The translations under genes were made by a program, and so were the position numbers. This document shows, piece after piece, positions 47,552 through 57,751 of a DNA stretch of 64,000 nt. How positions within the stretch are numbered: position 1 is the stretch's first letter; each line of letters starts with the position of its first letter. Origin of the DNA: an uncultured Gemmatimonadales bacterium (GTDB taxonomy: Bacteria; Gemmatimonadota; Gemmatimonadetes; Longimicrobiales; Gaopeijiaceae); contig CAWELD010000003.1 in assembly GCA_963809895.1 (NCBI GenBank), positions 992,001 to 1,056,000 on the forward strand, given 5' to 3'. The notes beneath the pieces were generated by a model. It had not been told where the DNA came from. It did not search any database and worked only from the letters and a program-made list of their open reading frames with translations.

Positions 47552-48867
47552 GAAGAGCTCGACTCCCGCAGAAAGATCCGAAGCGGGGTCCCCGAGAAGC
47601 CCCACCGCTTCCGGAAGGTGTTGTGGATGTAGCGAATGTAGTGATCCGGCACCGCCTTCGGGAAGTTCGAGAACACCACGAAGGTGGGCGGCGCCACCGA
47701 GACCTGGGTCGCGTAGCGTAGCTTCACCTGCCGGCCACGCGAGTGGGGCGGCGGCTGGTGAGCCACCACCTCCGCCAAGGCCTCGTTGACCTCGTGGGTC
47801 TCCACCCGCCGATGCCGCTGATCCTGCACCTCGAGCACCAGGTCCAGCGCCTTGCGCACCCGCTGGCCGGTGAGCGCCGAGGCGAACAGGAAGGGCACCC
47901 ACTGCAGGAAGGGCGCCCGATCGACCGCGGCCCTCACGAAGGCCCCCGCCGTGGCTTCGTCCTTCTCCACCAGGTCCCACTTGTTGACCACCACCACGAG
48001 GCCCGCCCCGGCCTCCCAGGCGTGCTCCATGACGCGCAGGTCCTGCACGGTGATGCCCTCGGTGGCGTCCACGAGGGTCAGACACACGTCGGCCTCGCGC
48101 ACCACGCGATCGGTACGGAGCGCGCTGTAGTACTCCAGCGAGTCCTTCACCTTCGACTGCCGACGGAGGCCCGCCGTGTCCACGAAGACCAGCGAACGGC
48201 CGTGGTAGGTCATGAGCGAGTCCACCGGGTCGCGCGTGGTGCCCGCGATCTCGCTCACCACGACCCGCTCCTCGCCGAACAGCCGGTTCACCAGCGACGA
48301 CTTGCCCACGTTGGGCTTTCCCACGACCGCCACACGGATCGTCGACGGATCGGGCTCCTCCACCGGCCCCTCGGGCAGCTCCGCCACGATGCGGTCCAGC
48401 AGGTCGCCCGAGCCCTTGCCCGACGCCGCGCTCACCGGCTGCGGCTCGCCCAGGCCCAGCTCCCAGAACTCGTGGTGCGCGAGCTCCCGGGGCAGGTTGT
48501 CCTGCTTGTTCACCGCCAGCACCACGGGCTTGTCGGCCCGGCGCAGGATGTCGGCCAGGCGGGCGTCCAGCGGGTGGAGGCCCTGCTTGCCGTCCACCAC
48601 GAGCACCAGGACGTCGGCCTCCTGGATCGCCATGAGGGCCTGCTCGCGCACGGCCCGGTCCAGGGGCACGTCCGAGTCCTCGATGACGCCCCCGGTGTCC
48701 ACGATGAAGAACTGCCGCCCCGCCCAGTCGGCACGGGCGAAGTTGCGGTCGCGGGTCACGCCGGGACGGTCGTCGACGATGGCCACCCGGCTCCCGAGCA
48801 CGCGGTTGAACAGGGTGGACTTGCCCACGTTGGGGCGGCCTACCACGGCCACGACGGGTAGCGTCAC
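47548..48867 (-). CDS. der: Ribosome biogenesis GTPase Der (EngA)
   Basis: Two G domains 'GRPNVGKST' and 'GKPNVGKSS', 'GVTRD', 'GTTRD', KH-like C-terminus. Confidence 0.97.
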   Translation of the reverse strand: MTLPVVAVVGRPNVGKSTLFNRVLGSRVAIVDDRPGVTRDRNFARADWAGRQFFIVDTGGVIEDSDVPLDRAVREQALMAIQEADVLVLVVDGKQGLHPLDARLADILRRADKPVVLAVNKQDNLPRELAHHEFWELGLGEPQPVSAASGKGSGDLLDRIVAELPEGPVEEPDPSTIRVAVVGKPNVGKSSLVNRLFGEERVVVSEIAGTTRDPVDSLMTYHGRSLVFVDTAGLRRQSKVKDSLEYYSALRTDRVVREADVCLTLVDATEGITVQDLRVMEHAWEAGAGLVVVVNKWDLVEKDEATAGAFVRAAVDRAPFLQWVPFLFASALTGQRVRKALDLVLEVQDQRHRRVETHEVNEALAEVVAHQPPPHSRGRQVKLRYATQVSVAPPTFVVFSNFPKAVPDHYIRYIHNTFRKRWGFSGTPLRIFLRESSSS

Positions 48868-50138
48868 AGTTCCTCGAGGGCCGAGGCCACGGTGTAGCCG
48901 GGCAGCACGCGGGCCGGCGCCAACGACGCCACCACCTCGGCCAGCGGCATGGAGTCGATGAACATGTCGTCGGCGTTGAGCGCCTCCGCGGGCAGGAGCA
49001 CCACGTCACCCTCCCGCAGGTCCTCCGACAGCGCGCGCACGAAATCGGACCCGGCCAGTAGACCCGCCACCGACACGGTGTCGCCGAAGAATCCGTTGGC
49101 GACCTGAACCACGTCCACCCGGGCGCCCGTGGCCTCGGCCAGCGCCCCGGCACGCTCCCGGAAGAAGGGCGCCATGGACGAGCCGGTGGCCAGCCGGAGC
49201 CTGCGCCCGTGCAGCGCAGGCAGCTCCGGCAGCGTGGCGTCAAGATCGTCCAGCAGGGCCCGGACCGCTCCCACGCCGTTCTCCGTCAGGCTCCCGTCGT
49301 CGTAGTAGTCCGGCTGGGGCAGCTCACGCCCCGCGATCAGGAACATCTCGTCGGCGGCGTAGGCCCAGCCCTCGCCCCGCTCCTCCAGCGCCCGGGCTCG
49401 GGCCCGCTCCACCTGCGCGATGGCCTGCTCCGCCTCGGCGGGCGTCAGCAGACGCACCGGACGGTCCAGGTTGTAGCGGGTGAGCCCCACCGGCACCACG
49501 GACAGGCTCCGCACGGCGGATCCCACGCTCCACAGGTCGTCGATGGTGCGGTCCAGGTGCGGGCCGTCGTTCCATTCCGGGCACAGGACGATCTGCGTGT
49601 GCACGTCCATGCCGTGCTCGGCGAAGGTGCGCAGATGCTCCATGATCAGCCCCGCGCGCTCGTTCACCAGCAGGCGCCTGCGCACCTCGGGCTCGGTGGC
49701 GTGCACGCTCACGTACAGCGGCGAGATGCGCTGATCGATGAGGCGCTGGATCCCCTTGGGCCCCAGGTTGGTGAGGGTGACGTAGCTTCCGTAGGTGAAG
49801 GACAGCCGGAAGTCGTCGTCCCGGAGCCACAGCGACTGGCGCACGCCCTGGGGATTGCCGTCGATGAAGCAGAACACGCACTTGTTGGCGCATTCGCGGA
49901 TGGTGTCGGGGGCCGGTACGATGCCCAGGCCCTCTCCCGGATCCCGGGCGATGTCGTACACCACGGCATCGCCTTCGGGCGTCACGGTCTCGAGCTCGAG
50001 ATCGGGCTCGGCCAGAAGGAAGGTCAGATCGATATTGTCGCGCACGCGCTGGCCGTTGATACGGATGATGCGCGTGCCGATCTCGAGCTGCAGCTCTTCG
50101 GCGATGCTGCCGCCTTCGATCTCGGCGATGCGGACCAC
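48864..50138 (-). CDS. DUF512 / PDZ-containing radical-SAM-like Fe-S protein
   Basis: 'CANKCVFCFID', 'DDDFRLSF', 'SVHAT', 'ENGVG'; typically found upstream of der. Confidence 0.88.
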   Translation of the reverse strand: MVRIAEIEGGSIAEELQLEIGTRIIRINGQRVRDNIDLTFLLAEPDLELETVTPEGDAVVYDIARDPGEGLGIVPAPDTIRECANKCVFCFIDGNPQGVRQSLWLRDDDFRLSFTYGSYVTLTNLGPKGIQRLIDQRISPLYVSVHATEPEVRRRLLVNERAGLIMEHLRTFAEHGMDVHTQIVLCPEWNDGPHLDRTIDDLWSVGSAVRSLSVVPVGLTRYNLDRPVRLLTPAEAEQAIAQVERARARALEERGEGWAYAADEMFLIAGRELPQPDYYDDGSLTENGVGAVRALLDDLDATLPELPALHGRRLRLATGSSMAPFFRERAGALAEATGARVDVVQVANGFFGDTVSVAGLLAGSDFVRALSEDLREGDVVLLPAEALNADDMFIDSMPLAEVVASLAPARVLPGYTVASALEEL

Positions 50139-50276
50139 GAACCCTCCTTCGACGAACGTTCCTGCAGAGCTGATAAAGCTAACCGAACCGGGCATTTGCC
50201 TCAATTCATCGAGACACCGCTGGAACCCTCCCACCCCGCCTCGCGTAGATCGAACGGACGGACCGGGACACCCCCG

Positions 50277-51524
50277 GTGAGCACGACTCCAGGAGCGAGG
50301 AAGCCTGTGCGCGGACGGGCGGCCCTCACGGGCTTGGTAGGGGTTGCGGCGGTGGTGATGGTGGGGATGCTCGCGTCGTGCGAGGAGGTGGAGCAGTTCC
50401 GCGACCGACGCCGGCCCGCCACGCCCCACGAGGCCTATCTGCGGGGACTCCGGGACGCCGGTCTCGCATCCACCGCGCTGGCCCGCGCATGGATCGACCA
50501 GTCGGTGGCCGCCGTCCGTGATCCGCTCCCCGTGGAGCTCCCCTTCCAGGAGGAGGGGTTCATCCCTCCCGAGGATCCCACGGCCGTGGGCTACCGGTTC
50601 CACCTGCGGCGCGGGCAGATGCTCACCGTCGCCCTGGACGTGGAGAGCCCCGACTCGACCCGGGTGTTCCTGGACTTCTTTCGCCTGCCCGAGGATCCGG
50701 CGGATCCACCCCGGCCCGTGCCCGGCGTGGACACCACCGCCACCGGCATGACCTACGAGCCGCCCCGCGCCGGCGACTTCGTCGTGCGGGTGCAGCCCGA
50801 GCTCCTGCGCGGCGGCCGCTATCGGCTGAGCCTGTCCCTGGACCCGGCCATGGCGTTTCCGGTGCAGGGCCGGGACACCCGCGCGGTGGGGAGCGTCTTC
50901 GGCGACCCCCGCGACGCCGGCGCCCGCGCCCATCACGGCGTCGACATCTTCGCTCCCCGGGGGACCCCGGCGCTGGCCTCGGCGGCGGGGCGTGTGAATC
51001 GGGTGAACGTCACCAACCTGGGCGGCAAGGTGGTCTGGCTCCGGGATTCCCGACTCAACCGCAACATCTACTACGCGCACCTGGACTCGCAGGTGGTGCA
51101 CGACGGGCAGATGGTGGAGGTGGGCGATACCCTGGGATTCGTGGGCAACACCGGGAACGCCCGCACGACGCCGCCCCATCTCCACTACGGCATCTACATC
51201 CGACGCGAAGGTCCCGTGGATCCCCTTCCCTATCTGCGGCGCCCCTCGGGCCGCATGCCGTCGCTGCCGTCTGACCCTGCGGTACTGGGAGCCAGCCTGC
51301 GCACGCGCGCCGAGGTGGACGTGCATCGGGGCCCGGAGCGGGACAGCCCGTTGGTGGCGTCGCTGGGCGCCCACGCGCCGGTACGGGTGCTCGGCGGAAC
51401 GGGAGGACGCTTTCGGGTGCGGCTACCCGGCGGCGGATCGGGCTACCTGGACGCCCGTCTCACGGAGCCGGCGGAGTCGCCCGTGGACCGGGCCACCGCC
51501 GCCTCGGGGGGAATGCAGCGCTGA
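50277..51524 (+). CDS. M23 family peptidoglycan endopeptidase (probable lipoprotein)
   Basis: 'HHGVDIFA', 'YYAHL', 'GNTGNA', 'PHLH'; start approximate. Confidence 0.85.
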   Translation: MSTTPGARKPVRGRAALTGLVGVAAVVMVGMLASCEEVEQFRDRRRPATPHEAYLRGLRDAGLASTALARAWIDQSVAAVRDPLPVELPFQEEGFIPPEDPTAVGYRFHLRRGQMLTVALDVESPDSTRVFLDFFRLPEDPADPPRPVPGVDTTATGMTYEPPRAGDFVVRVQPELLRGGRYRLSLSLDPAMAFPVQGRDTRAVGSVFGDPRDAGARAHHGVDIFAPRGTPALASAAGRVNRVNVTNLGGKVVWLRDSRLNRNIYYAHLDSQVVHDGQMVEVGDTLGFVGNTGNARTTPPHLHYGIYIRREGPVDPLPYLRRPSGRMPSLPSDPAVLGASLRTRAEVDVHRGPERDSPLVASLGAHAPVRVLGGTGGRFRVRLPGGGSGYLDARLTEPAESPVDRATAASGGMQR

Positions 51525-51525
51525 T

Positions 51526-51714
51526 TCAGCCGGCTTGGCGCGGCGGGAACAGACCTTTCTGGAAGTGCGAGCCGTTCACCAGCCCCGGATAGGCGCGGGG
51601 GGCGCGACCGCTGGTGGTCTCCATGAAGGAGACCGCGACGACGAACGAAATCCCCAGGACGATGAAGAAGAGCACCAGCAGCTCGCCGGGGTGCTTTTCG
51701 GTCAGACGGCTCAT
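51526..51714 (-). CDS. Small single-TM hypothetical protein
   Basis: 62 aa with one hydrophobic helix; GGAG upstream. Confidence 0.4.
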   Translation of the reverse strand: MSRLTEKHPGELLVLFFIVLGISFVVAVSFMETTSGRAPRAYPGLVNGSHFQKGLFPPRQAG

Positions 51715-51775
51715 GCCTCGAACTCCGTGGTCGTGGTTCTTGCCGTTCCGACGCTAGCGACGCGACCGGCGGGGA

Positions 51776-53770
51776 TCAAGTCCGCAGCCGTTGGATGTCG
51801 TCCTCGCGGCCCAGCACGATGAGGCGGTCCCCCGCCTGAAGCACCGTGTCGGGACCCGGCACCACGTCGTGGGCCTTGGGTTCCCCGGCCTCGTGGGGCC
51901 GGCGAATGAGGAGCACCTGAACCCCGAAGCGGGCCCGCACCGCGAGCTTCTCCAGCGTCTGACCCAGGAAGCCCACCGGCGCGTCGATCTCCGCCATGCG
52001 GTAGTCGTCACCCAGGCTCATCTCCTGCGTGCGCGCGCCCCGGAGCCCGCTGCCGATGCCCGCCACCATGTCCCGCTTGGTGAGCTCACGGTTGTAGGCC
52101 TCGATCACCTTCCGCCGCGTCACCACGCCCAGGAGCTTGCTCGTGAGCGGGTCCACCACCGGCAGCTCCTCGGGATGCCGCTCGGCGAACAGCCGCATCA
52201 CCGAGTCCAGGCGCTGCTCGGGGGTCAGGGCCGTGGTATCCTCCCGCGTCAGCTCTGCGGCCACCAGGATCTGCGAGAGGGATTGGGCGTGGAGGATGGC
52301 CTCCTGCAGGTCCGCCAGGCCGATCACCCCCAGGAGCTCGCCTTCGCCGTCCACCACGTAGAAGAAGCCGTGGGGATTCCCGTGCAGCCGCTCCAGGAGC
52401 TGGCCCAGGTGCTCCGAGCCCTGGACCACCACCATGTCGTGGTCCATGACCTCCTCCACCTCGAGGGAGCGGAGGATGTTGTACTCGTGACCGCGGAAGA
52501 TGTCGATGCCCCGCCGCAGGAGCTTCTCGGTGTAGATCGTGGTACGCCGCGCCCGCGAAACCACCAGGGTCGCGATGATGCACGACGCCATCAACGGCAG
52601 GATGAGCTGGTAGTCGGAAGTCAGCTCGAAGATGATGAGAATGGCCGTGATCGGTGCCATGGTGGCTCCCGCAACCACGGCTCCCATCCCCACCAGGGCG
52701 TACGCTCCGCTGCCGGCGGTGGCCGTCGGGAAGAGCATGTGCGCCAATCCACCCACCATCCCGCCGGTCATGGCGCCCAGGAAAAGCGACGGCGCGAACA
52801 CGCCGCCGGATCCGCCGGTGCCCAGCGTGATGCTGGTAGCGACCAGCTTCGCCACCACCAGCAGGCCCAGCAGCCCCAGCCCGATCTCGCCAGCCAGGGC
52901 GGCGTTGGTGGCCTCGTAGCCGACCCCCAGCACGTGCGGAAAGCCCAGCGCCATGATCCCCACCAGCAAGCCGCCCAGCGTGGGCAGGAGCCATTCGGGA
53001 ATCGGGAGCGACTCGAAGAAGTCCTCGGACTTGTAGAGGAGTCCCACGAAGGCCAGCGCCACGAAGCCCGCCACCACACCCAGCACCCCGTAGACCAGGA
53101 ACTCCCACACGCTCACCATGTTGTGGGCCGGCACCAGGAAGGCCGGGAAGTCGCCGAGGAAGTGGCGCGACACGACGGTGGCCATCACCGACGAGATGAC
53201 GATGGGGCTGAACTCCGAGACGCCGAAATCGCCCAGGATGATCTCCACCGCGAACAGCGCGCCGGCCATGGGCGCGTTGAAGGTCGCGGCGATGCCCGCC
53301 GCCGCCCCGCACCCCACCAGCGTGCGGAGCTGCGTGGTGCTGACCTGGAACCACTGCCCCAGGGTGGAGCCCAACGCGGAGCCGATCTGGACGATGGGGC
53401 CCTCACGGCCCACCGAGCCGCCGGTGCCGATGGTGAGCGCCGACGCCAGGCTCTTCACCACCACCAGTCGCGGGCGGATGACGCCGCCGCGCACGGCCAC
53501 GGCCTCCATGACCTCGGGCACGCCGTGGCCCTTGGCCTCCTTGGCGCCGAAATACACCAGGGGGCCCACCAGGAGGGCGCCCAGGACCGGGATCAGGACG
53601 ATCCACCACCACGGGTGTCCGCGCACCAGGTCCAGGGTGTAGGTCCAGTCGCCCCAGGCACCGCGCTGCACCAGGCGAATCAGCCCCCGGAAGGCCACGG
53701 CGCCCAGCCCCCCGAGGAGTCCCAACAGCACGGCCACCAGCACCATGAAGGTGTGTTCGGCCATGCGCAT
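51776..53770 (-). CDS. ClC chloride channel/antiporter with CBS pair and TrkA-C (RCK) domain
   Basis: 'GHGVPEV', 'GREGP', 'FNAP', 'GGVFAP'; CBS repeats; C-terminal 'PGPDTVLQAGDRL'. Confidence 0.92.
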   Translation of the reverse strand: MRMAEHTFMVLVAVLLGLLGGLGAVAFRGLIRLVQRGAWGDWTYTLDLVRGHPWWWIVLIPVLGALLVGPLVYFGAKEAKGHGVPEVMEAVAVRGGVIRPRLVVVKSLASALTIGTGGSVGREGPIVQIGSALGSTLGQWFQVSTTQLRTLVGCGAAAGIAATFNAPMAGALFAVEIILGDFGVSEFSPIVISSVMATVVSRHFLGDFPAFLVPAHNMVSVWEFLVYGVLGVVAGFVALAFVGLLYKSEDFFESLPIPEWLLPTLGGLLVGIMALGFPHVLGVGYEATNAALAGEIGLGLLGLLVVAKLVATSITLGTGGSGGVFAPSLFLGAMTGGMVGGLAHMLFPTATAGSGAYALVGMGAVVAGATMAPITAILIIFELTSDYQLILPLMASCIIATLVVSRARRTTIYTEKLLRRGIDIFRGHEYNILRSLEVEEVMDHDMVVVQGSEHLGQLLERLHGNPHGFFYVVDGEGELLGVIGLADLQEAILHAQSLSQILVAAELTREDTTALTPEQRLDSVMRLFAERHPEELPVVDPLTSKLLGVVTRRKVIEAYNRELTKRDMVAGIGSGLRGARTQEMSLGDDYRMAEIDAPVGFLGQTLEKLAVRARFGVQVLLIRRPHEAGEPKAHDVVPGPDTVLQAGDRLIVLGREDDIQRLRT

Positions 53771-53981
53771 ACGCGTCAGGACGCGCTCCAGGAACGCGAT
53801 GGGATCTCCTCCGGACTTTGCGTGGGTCGTGCGAGGGGACCGGCTCAGCGGGCCCGAGATAGGATAACCCCGTCGGCCGCCGGCGTCAGCGGCGACCCCC
53901 CCTTGCACCACGTCCACGTCCCGTCCCATCCTGTGGTCGGCCCCCCCAACCCTTTGTCGCCCTGCGCAAAGGAGGGCCAGC

Positions 53982-54353
53982 ATGCCGTCGTCCACGTCCG
54001 GCCCCGACCGGAGCATCCTCCTCGTGGAGGACGAGCCAGCGCTGCAGCGCGTCCTGATCCGGTTGCTCGAGAAACTCGGGCGCCCGGTGACCGCGGTGTC
54101 TTCCGCCACGGAGGCCAAGGTCGCCCTCGATGACCTCGCGGGTCCGGTGTTGCTGGTCGCCGACCATTTCCTGGGTGAAGAGAGCGGCGTCGACCTCGCC
54201 GTGGCCGCCATCGAGGCGCGTCCGGACGTCGAGGTCGTCATGATGTCGGGATCCGGCCCCGAGATCCCCCTGGAGCGCATCCCGGCCGATCATCTCCGGG
54301 GCGTGCTCATGAAGCCCTTTCGGCTGGAGGAGCTTCAGGCGCTGTTGGACTGA
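53982..54353 (+). CDS. Single-domain response regulator (receiver)
   Basis: 'LLVEDE', Asp in 'VADH', 'MSG', 'KPF'; GGAGG RBS. Confidence 0.85.
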   Translation: MPSSTSGPDRSILLVEDEPALQRVLIRLLEKLGRPVTAVSSATEAKVALDDLAGPVLLVADHFLGEESGVDLAVAAIEARPDVEVVMMSGSGPEIPLERIPADHLRGVLMKPFRLEELQALLD

Positions 54354-54865
54354 TCGGGCGCGCGACGAAGCCCCAGCAGGAGCCCTACCAGCACCACGCA
54401 CGCCGCCGAGGCCAGCACCACCGCGGCCAGCCCCGTGGGGCCCGGGAGGCCTGCGGCCGCGCCGAGCACCGCGATGAAGGCGCCTGCGCCCACGAGTGCC
54501 GCCGTGGCTACTCCCTGGAGCACTCGGCGGGGCCTTCGCTCCACCGGCGAGTCCAGTCGCGCCACCACCGCGAGTAGCTCGGCGGCGGCCACCATCGCAC
54601 CGACGCCGAGCGCCAGCACCAGTGGCTCCACCCCACCCGCACCGGGCCCCAGCAGGAAGCTCCCCACCAGCGCCTGCCCGGCGAGGACCTGCACCGCGAT
54701 GGCCGCCGGATAGAAGAGCGCCATGCCGGTGAGCACGACGTAGGCGAGCGCCAGGTCGTCGCGCCATCCCGGGCCCGCGGGGACCATGGCCGACACCGCC
54801 ACCAGCCCCGCCACCAGGAGCGCCAGCAGCCCCAACCGCCGCCGGGCCGGCCACCAGGCCCTCAC
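54335..54865 (-). CDS. Hypothetical membrane protein in MoxR operon
   Basis: Hydrophobic multi-TM segment; GTGA overlap with the DUF58 gene. Confidence 0.6.
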   Translation of the reverse strand: MRAWWPARRRLGLLALLVAGLVAVSAMVPAGPGWRDDLALAYVVLTGMALFYPAAIAVQVLAGQALVGSFLLGPGAGGVEPLVLALGVGAMVAAAELLAVVARLDSPVERRPRRVLQGVATAALVGAGAFIAVLGAAAGLPGPTGLAAVVLASAACVVLVGLLLGLRRAPDQSNSA

Positions 54866-56163
54866 GAGGCCGCCGCTCCGGCGCGGGCGGGTTGCTCGAG
54901 GGCGGCCATGCGCCGCCGCAGCGTGAGGATCGCCGGGCCCACGCCCTCGTCGCCGGCCACCAGCGCCGTGGGCACCCCACCCCGCTCCAGCGCCTGGCGC
55001 TCGGCCTCGCGCTGGGCGAGCCAGATGCGGAGCGCCGCCTGATCGGCGCGGTCCTCGCCCACTGGAAGCACGTCGGAGGTGTCGATCACCAGGGCCACGG
55101 TGGTGTGCCCCGCGCGGCGGAAGCGGAGCAGCTCGGGCACGAAGGTCTCGGAGCGGAGGGTGGTGACCCCCACGATGAGCGCGTCGGCGGGCACCATGGC
55201 GCGGCCGCGCCAGATGCGGCGCCGGGTGCGGTCCTCGGCGGCCTGTCCCACGGCCAGGAGCTGGTCCAGGAGCATCCAGCGCGCCCGACGGCCCCCACGC
55301 GGCGGGAGCCAGGCCGCGGTGCGGCCCCGGGCCAGGAGGCCCACCCGGTCCTGGGCCCTCAGGTGCACCGACGCCACCGCCCACGCCGACCTGGCGCTCC
55401 GGGCCAGCGCCTCGGTGCTCCGCTCCTCCTCGCGCAGCGCCGCGTCCAGGACCAGCACCACCGTGCCGGTGCGCTCCGGGTGGTTCACCCGCACCCAGGG
55501 CTCGCCCAGTCGGGCCGAGGTGGCCCAGGACAGGTCCCGCAGGCGGTCCCCCGGCTGATAGGGGCGCAGCTCGGCCAGGTCGGTGCCGTGGCCCCGAAGC
55601 CGCGACACGTGCAGGCCCGCGATGGCCCGGGGCTCGGCGGGCTTGAGGAGCCGGCTGACGCGCAGCGCCGCCGGCAGCACCCTGAGCCCCGGCACCCGAC
55701 CCAGCTTGTGCTCGGTCATGACCAGGCTCCCGGGTCGCCGCGCCCGCACCCACAACGACCCCAGGTCGTGCACGCCCCAGGAGCGGGCCTCCAGGCTGAA
55801 CGGGAGCGTCACCGGGCCCTCGCCCAGCGGGAGCGCCCACCCCGTCACCGGCGCCGGATCCACGGCCGTGATGCCCCGGCCCCCGGCCAGGAGCACGTCG
55901 ACCTCGGCCTCACCGTCCCAGTCGACCGCGACCTCGCCCTCCACCCGGTCACCCTCCACGGCCACCTCGCCGTGCACCCGCACCGCACCCTGCACCTCCA
56001 CGGCGTCGGTCGAGGCCAGTCCCAGCGCCGCCAGGGCGATGAAGGGCGCGCCCAGCGCCGCCAGCACCGGCTCGCCGGTGGCCACGGCAGCCACCAGCGC
56101 CGCGAAGCCGGCCACCAGGTACGCCGGCAGCCGGGGGTCGGGACGACGACGTCCCCGGCTCAC
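54862..56163 (-). CDS. DUF58 domain protein
   Basis: 'ELRPYQPGDRLRDLSW..SAR', 'DRVGL'. Confidence 0.88.
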   Translation of the reverse strand: MSRGRRRPDPRLPAYLVAGFAALVAAVATGEPVLAALGAPFIALAALGLASTDAVEVQGAVRVHGEVAVEGDRVEGEVAVDWDGEAEVDVLLAGGRGITAVDPAPVTGWALPLGEGPVTLPFSLEARSWGVHDLGSLWVRARRPGSLVMTEHKLGRVPGLRVLPAALRVSRLLKPAEPRAIAGLHVSRLRGHGTDLAELRPYQPGDRLRDLSWATSARLGEPWVRVNHPERTGTVVLVLDAALREEERSTEALARSARSAWAVASVHLRAQDRVGLLARGRTAAWLPPRGGRRARWMLLDQLLAVGQAAEDRTRRRIWRGRAMVPADALIVGVTTLRSETFVPELLRFRRAGHTTVALVIDTSDVLPVGEDRADQAALRIWLAQREAERQALERGGVPTALVAGDEGVGPAILTLRRRMAALEQPARAGAAAS

Positions 56164-57185
56164 GTGCCCTGGGGCACCGGGACGCGGTCCACCGCCCGTC
56201 GCACCACGTCCTCGGGGTTGGCGCGCCGCGCCCAGGCGTCGTCGCTCAGCACCACGCGATGGGCCAGCGCCGGCACCGCCATCCCCCGGATGTCGTCGGG
56301 CCCCACGTACTCGCGGCCGGCCAGCAGCGCGGCGGCGCGCGCCAGCTTCACCAGCGCCAGCGTGCCCCGGGGGCTCGAGCCCACCGCGAGCTGCCGCTTC
56401 GGCTGCGCGTCGCCCGCACCAGCGCCACGCAGTATGCCATGAGGCGCCGGTCCACGTGGATGTGCTCCAGCGAGCGCTGGACCGCCGCGAAGGTGGCGGC
56501 GTCGCAGGTCTGGCGGATGGCCACCTCGTCGGTGCGGCGCTCCACCCGGTTCTCCAGCATGGCGATCTCGTCGTCCTCGGCCGGATAGCCCATGATCGTG
56601 CGGATCAGGAAGCGGTCGAGCTGGGCCTCCGGGCAGCGGATACGTGCCCTCCGACTCGATGGGATTCTGGGTGGCGATGACCAGGAACGGCCGCGGCAGC
56701 GGGTGGGTGGTGCCGTCGGCGGTGACCTGGCGCTCCTGCATGGCCTCCAACAGCGCGGCCTGGGTCTTGGCCGGCGCACGGTTCACCTCGTCGGCCAGGA
56801 GCAGGTTCGTGAAGACCGGCCCCGGCCGGAACTCGGGCCGGTGGGTGGCCAGGTCCAGCACCAGCGAGCCCGTGATGTCCGCCGGCAGCACGTCGGGCGT
56901 GAACTGAACCCGCGAGAACTCGAGTCCCGCCGCCGCGGCGATGGAGCGCGCCGTGAGCGTCTTGGCCACGCCGGGCACGTCGTCCAGGAGGATGTGTCCG
57001 TCGGCGAACAGCCCCGCCAGGATCAGGCGGATGACGTCGCGCTTGCCCACGACGGCGCGGCACACCTCGTCCAGGATGCCCTCGACGACGGCGGCGGCCT
57101 CCTCGAAGGGGAGCGCCCCGGGATCGTGGGCGGTCGTAGGTGTCGAGCCGCTCCCTGGCGGCGGCGGTGTGGAGGATGCGGTCAT
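56160..57185 (-). pseudogene. moxR: MoxR AAA+ ATPase with two compensating frameshifts (real lesion or assembly error)
   Basis: 'DVPGVAKT', 'QFTPDVLP', 'DEVNRA', 'ATQNP..EGTYPLP'; conserved 'EAQLDRF...GYP' lies in another frame between ~56632 and ~56400; 'SPRG' returns to the original frame. Confidence 0.8.
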
Positions 57186-57751
57186 GATCGCGTGTGGGTT
57201 GGGGGAGTGAGGCCTTCCAGCTCGTCCAGGACCCGGTGCACCGTCTCGGCCACCTGGCGCTCGTCGGTGCCCACGGTCTGGAACCACCAGGGCTGCTTGA
57301 GGGGCTCGCTGGCCAGGACGGCCCACGACAGCGGGGACAGGCGGGCCCGTGCCGCTCGCACGGCCCCCGCGTCGGCCGGATCCACCTCCAGCGCCGAGGC
57401 GATGAGCGGCTTCAGGCGCCTGAGGATCTCCGGGGGCATGGCCGGCGCGCCGTCCAGCGGCTGGCGGCGACCCCCGATGCGGGCACGGATGGCCTCGATT
57501 TCGGGGGATTCCTCGTCGGCTTCCTGCCACGCCGTACCCCCTCCGAACGGGGACATCCACTTGAAGGGGGACATCCACTCGGCGGGAGTCACGTTGCGGG
57601 CCAGCGCGTAGAGGGCTGCCGCCGCGCCCACGCTGAGCGCCACGACCTGGAGGGCGTTCCAGGCATGCTGCGGCCAGATCACGGCGACCAGGCCGCCGAT
57701 CAGGAGGGCGGCGGCGCCCACGTTGGCGGGTCGGAGCATGCGTCCGCTCAC
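57182..57751 (-). CDS. Hypothetical membrane protein in MoxR operon
   Basis: Two N-terminal TMs; overlapping operon junctions. Confidence 0.6.
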   Translation of the reverse strand: MSGRMLRPANVGAAALLIGGLVAVIWPQHAWNALQVVALSVGAAAALYALARNVTPAEWMSPFKWMSPFGGGTAWQEADEESPEIEAIRARIGGRRQPLDGAPAMPPEILRRLKPLIASALEVDPADAGAVRAARARLSPLSWAVLASEPLKQPWWFQTVGTDERQVAETVHRVLDELEGLTPPTHTRS

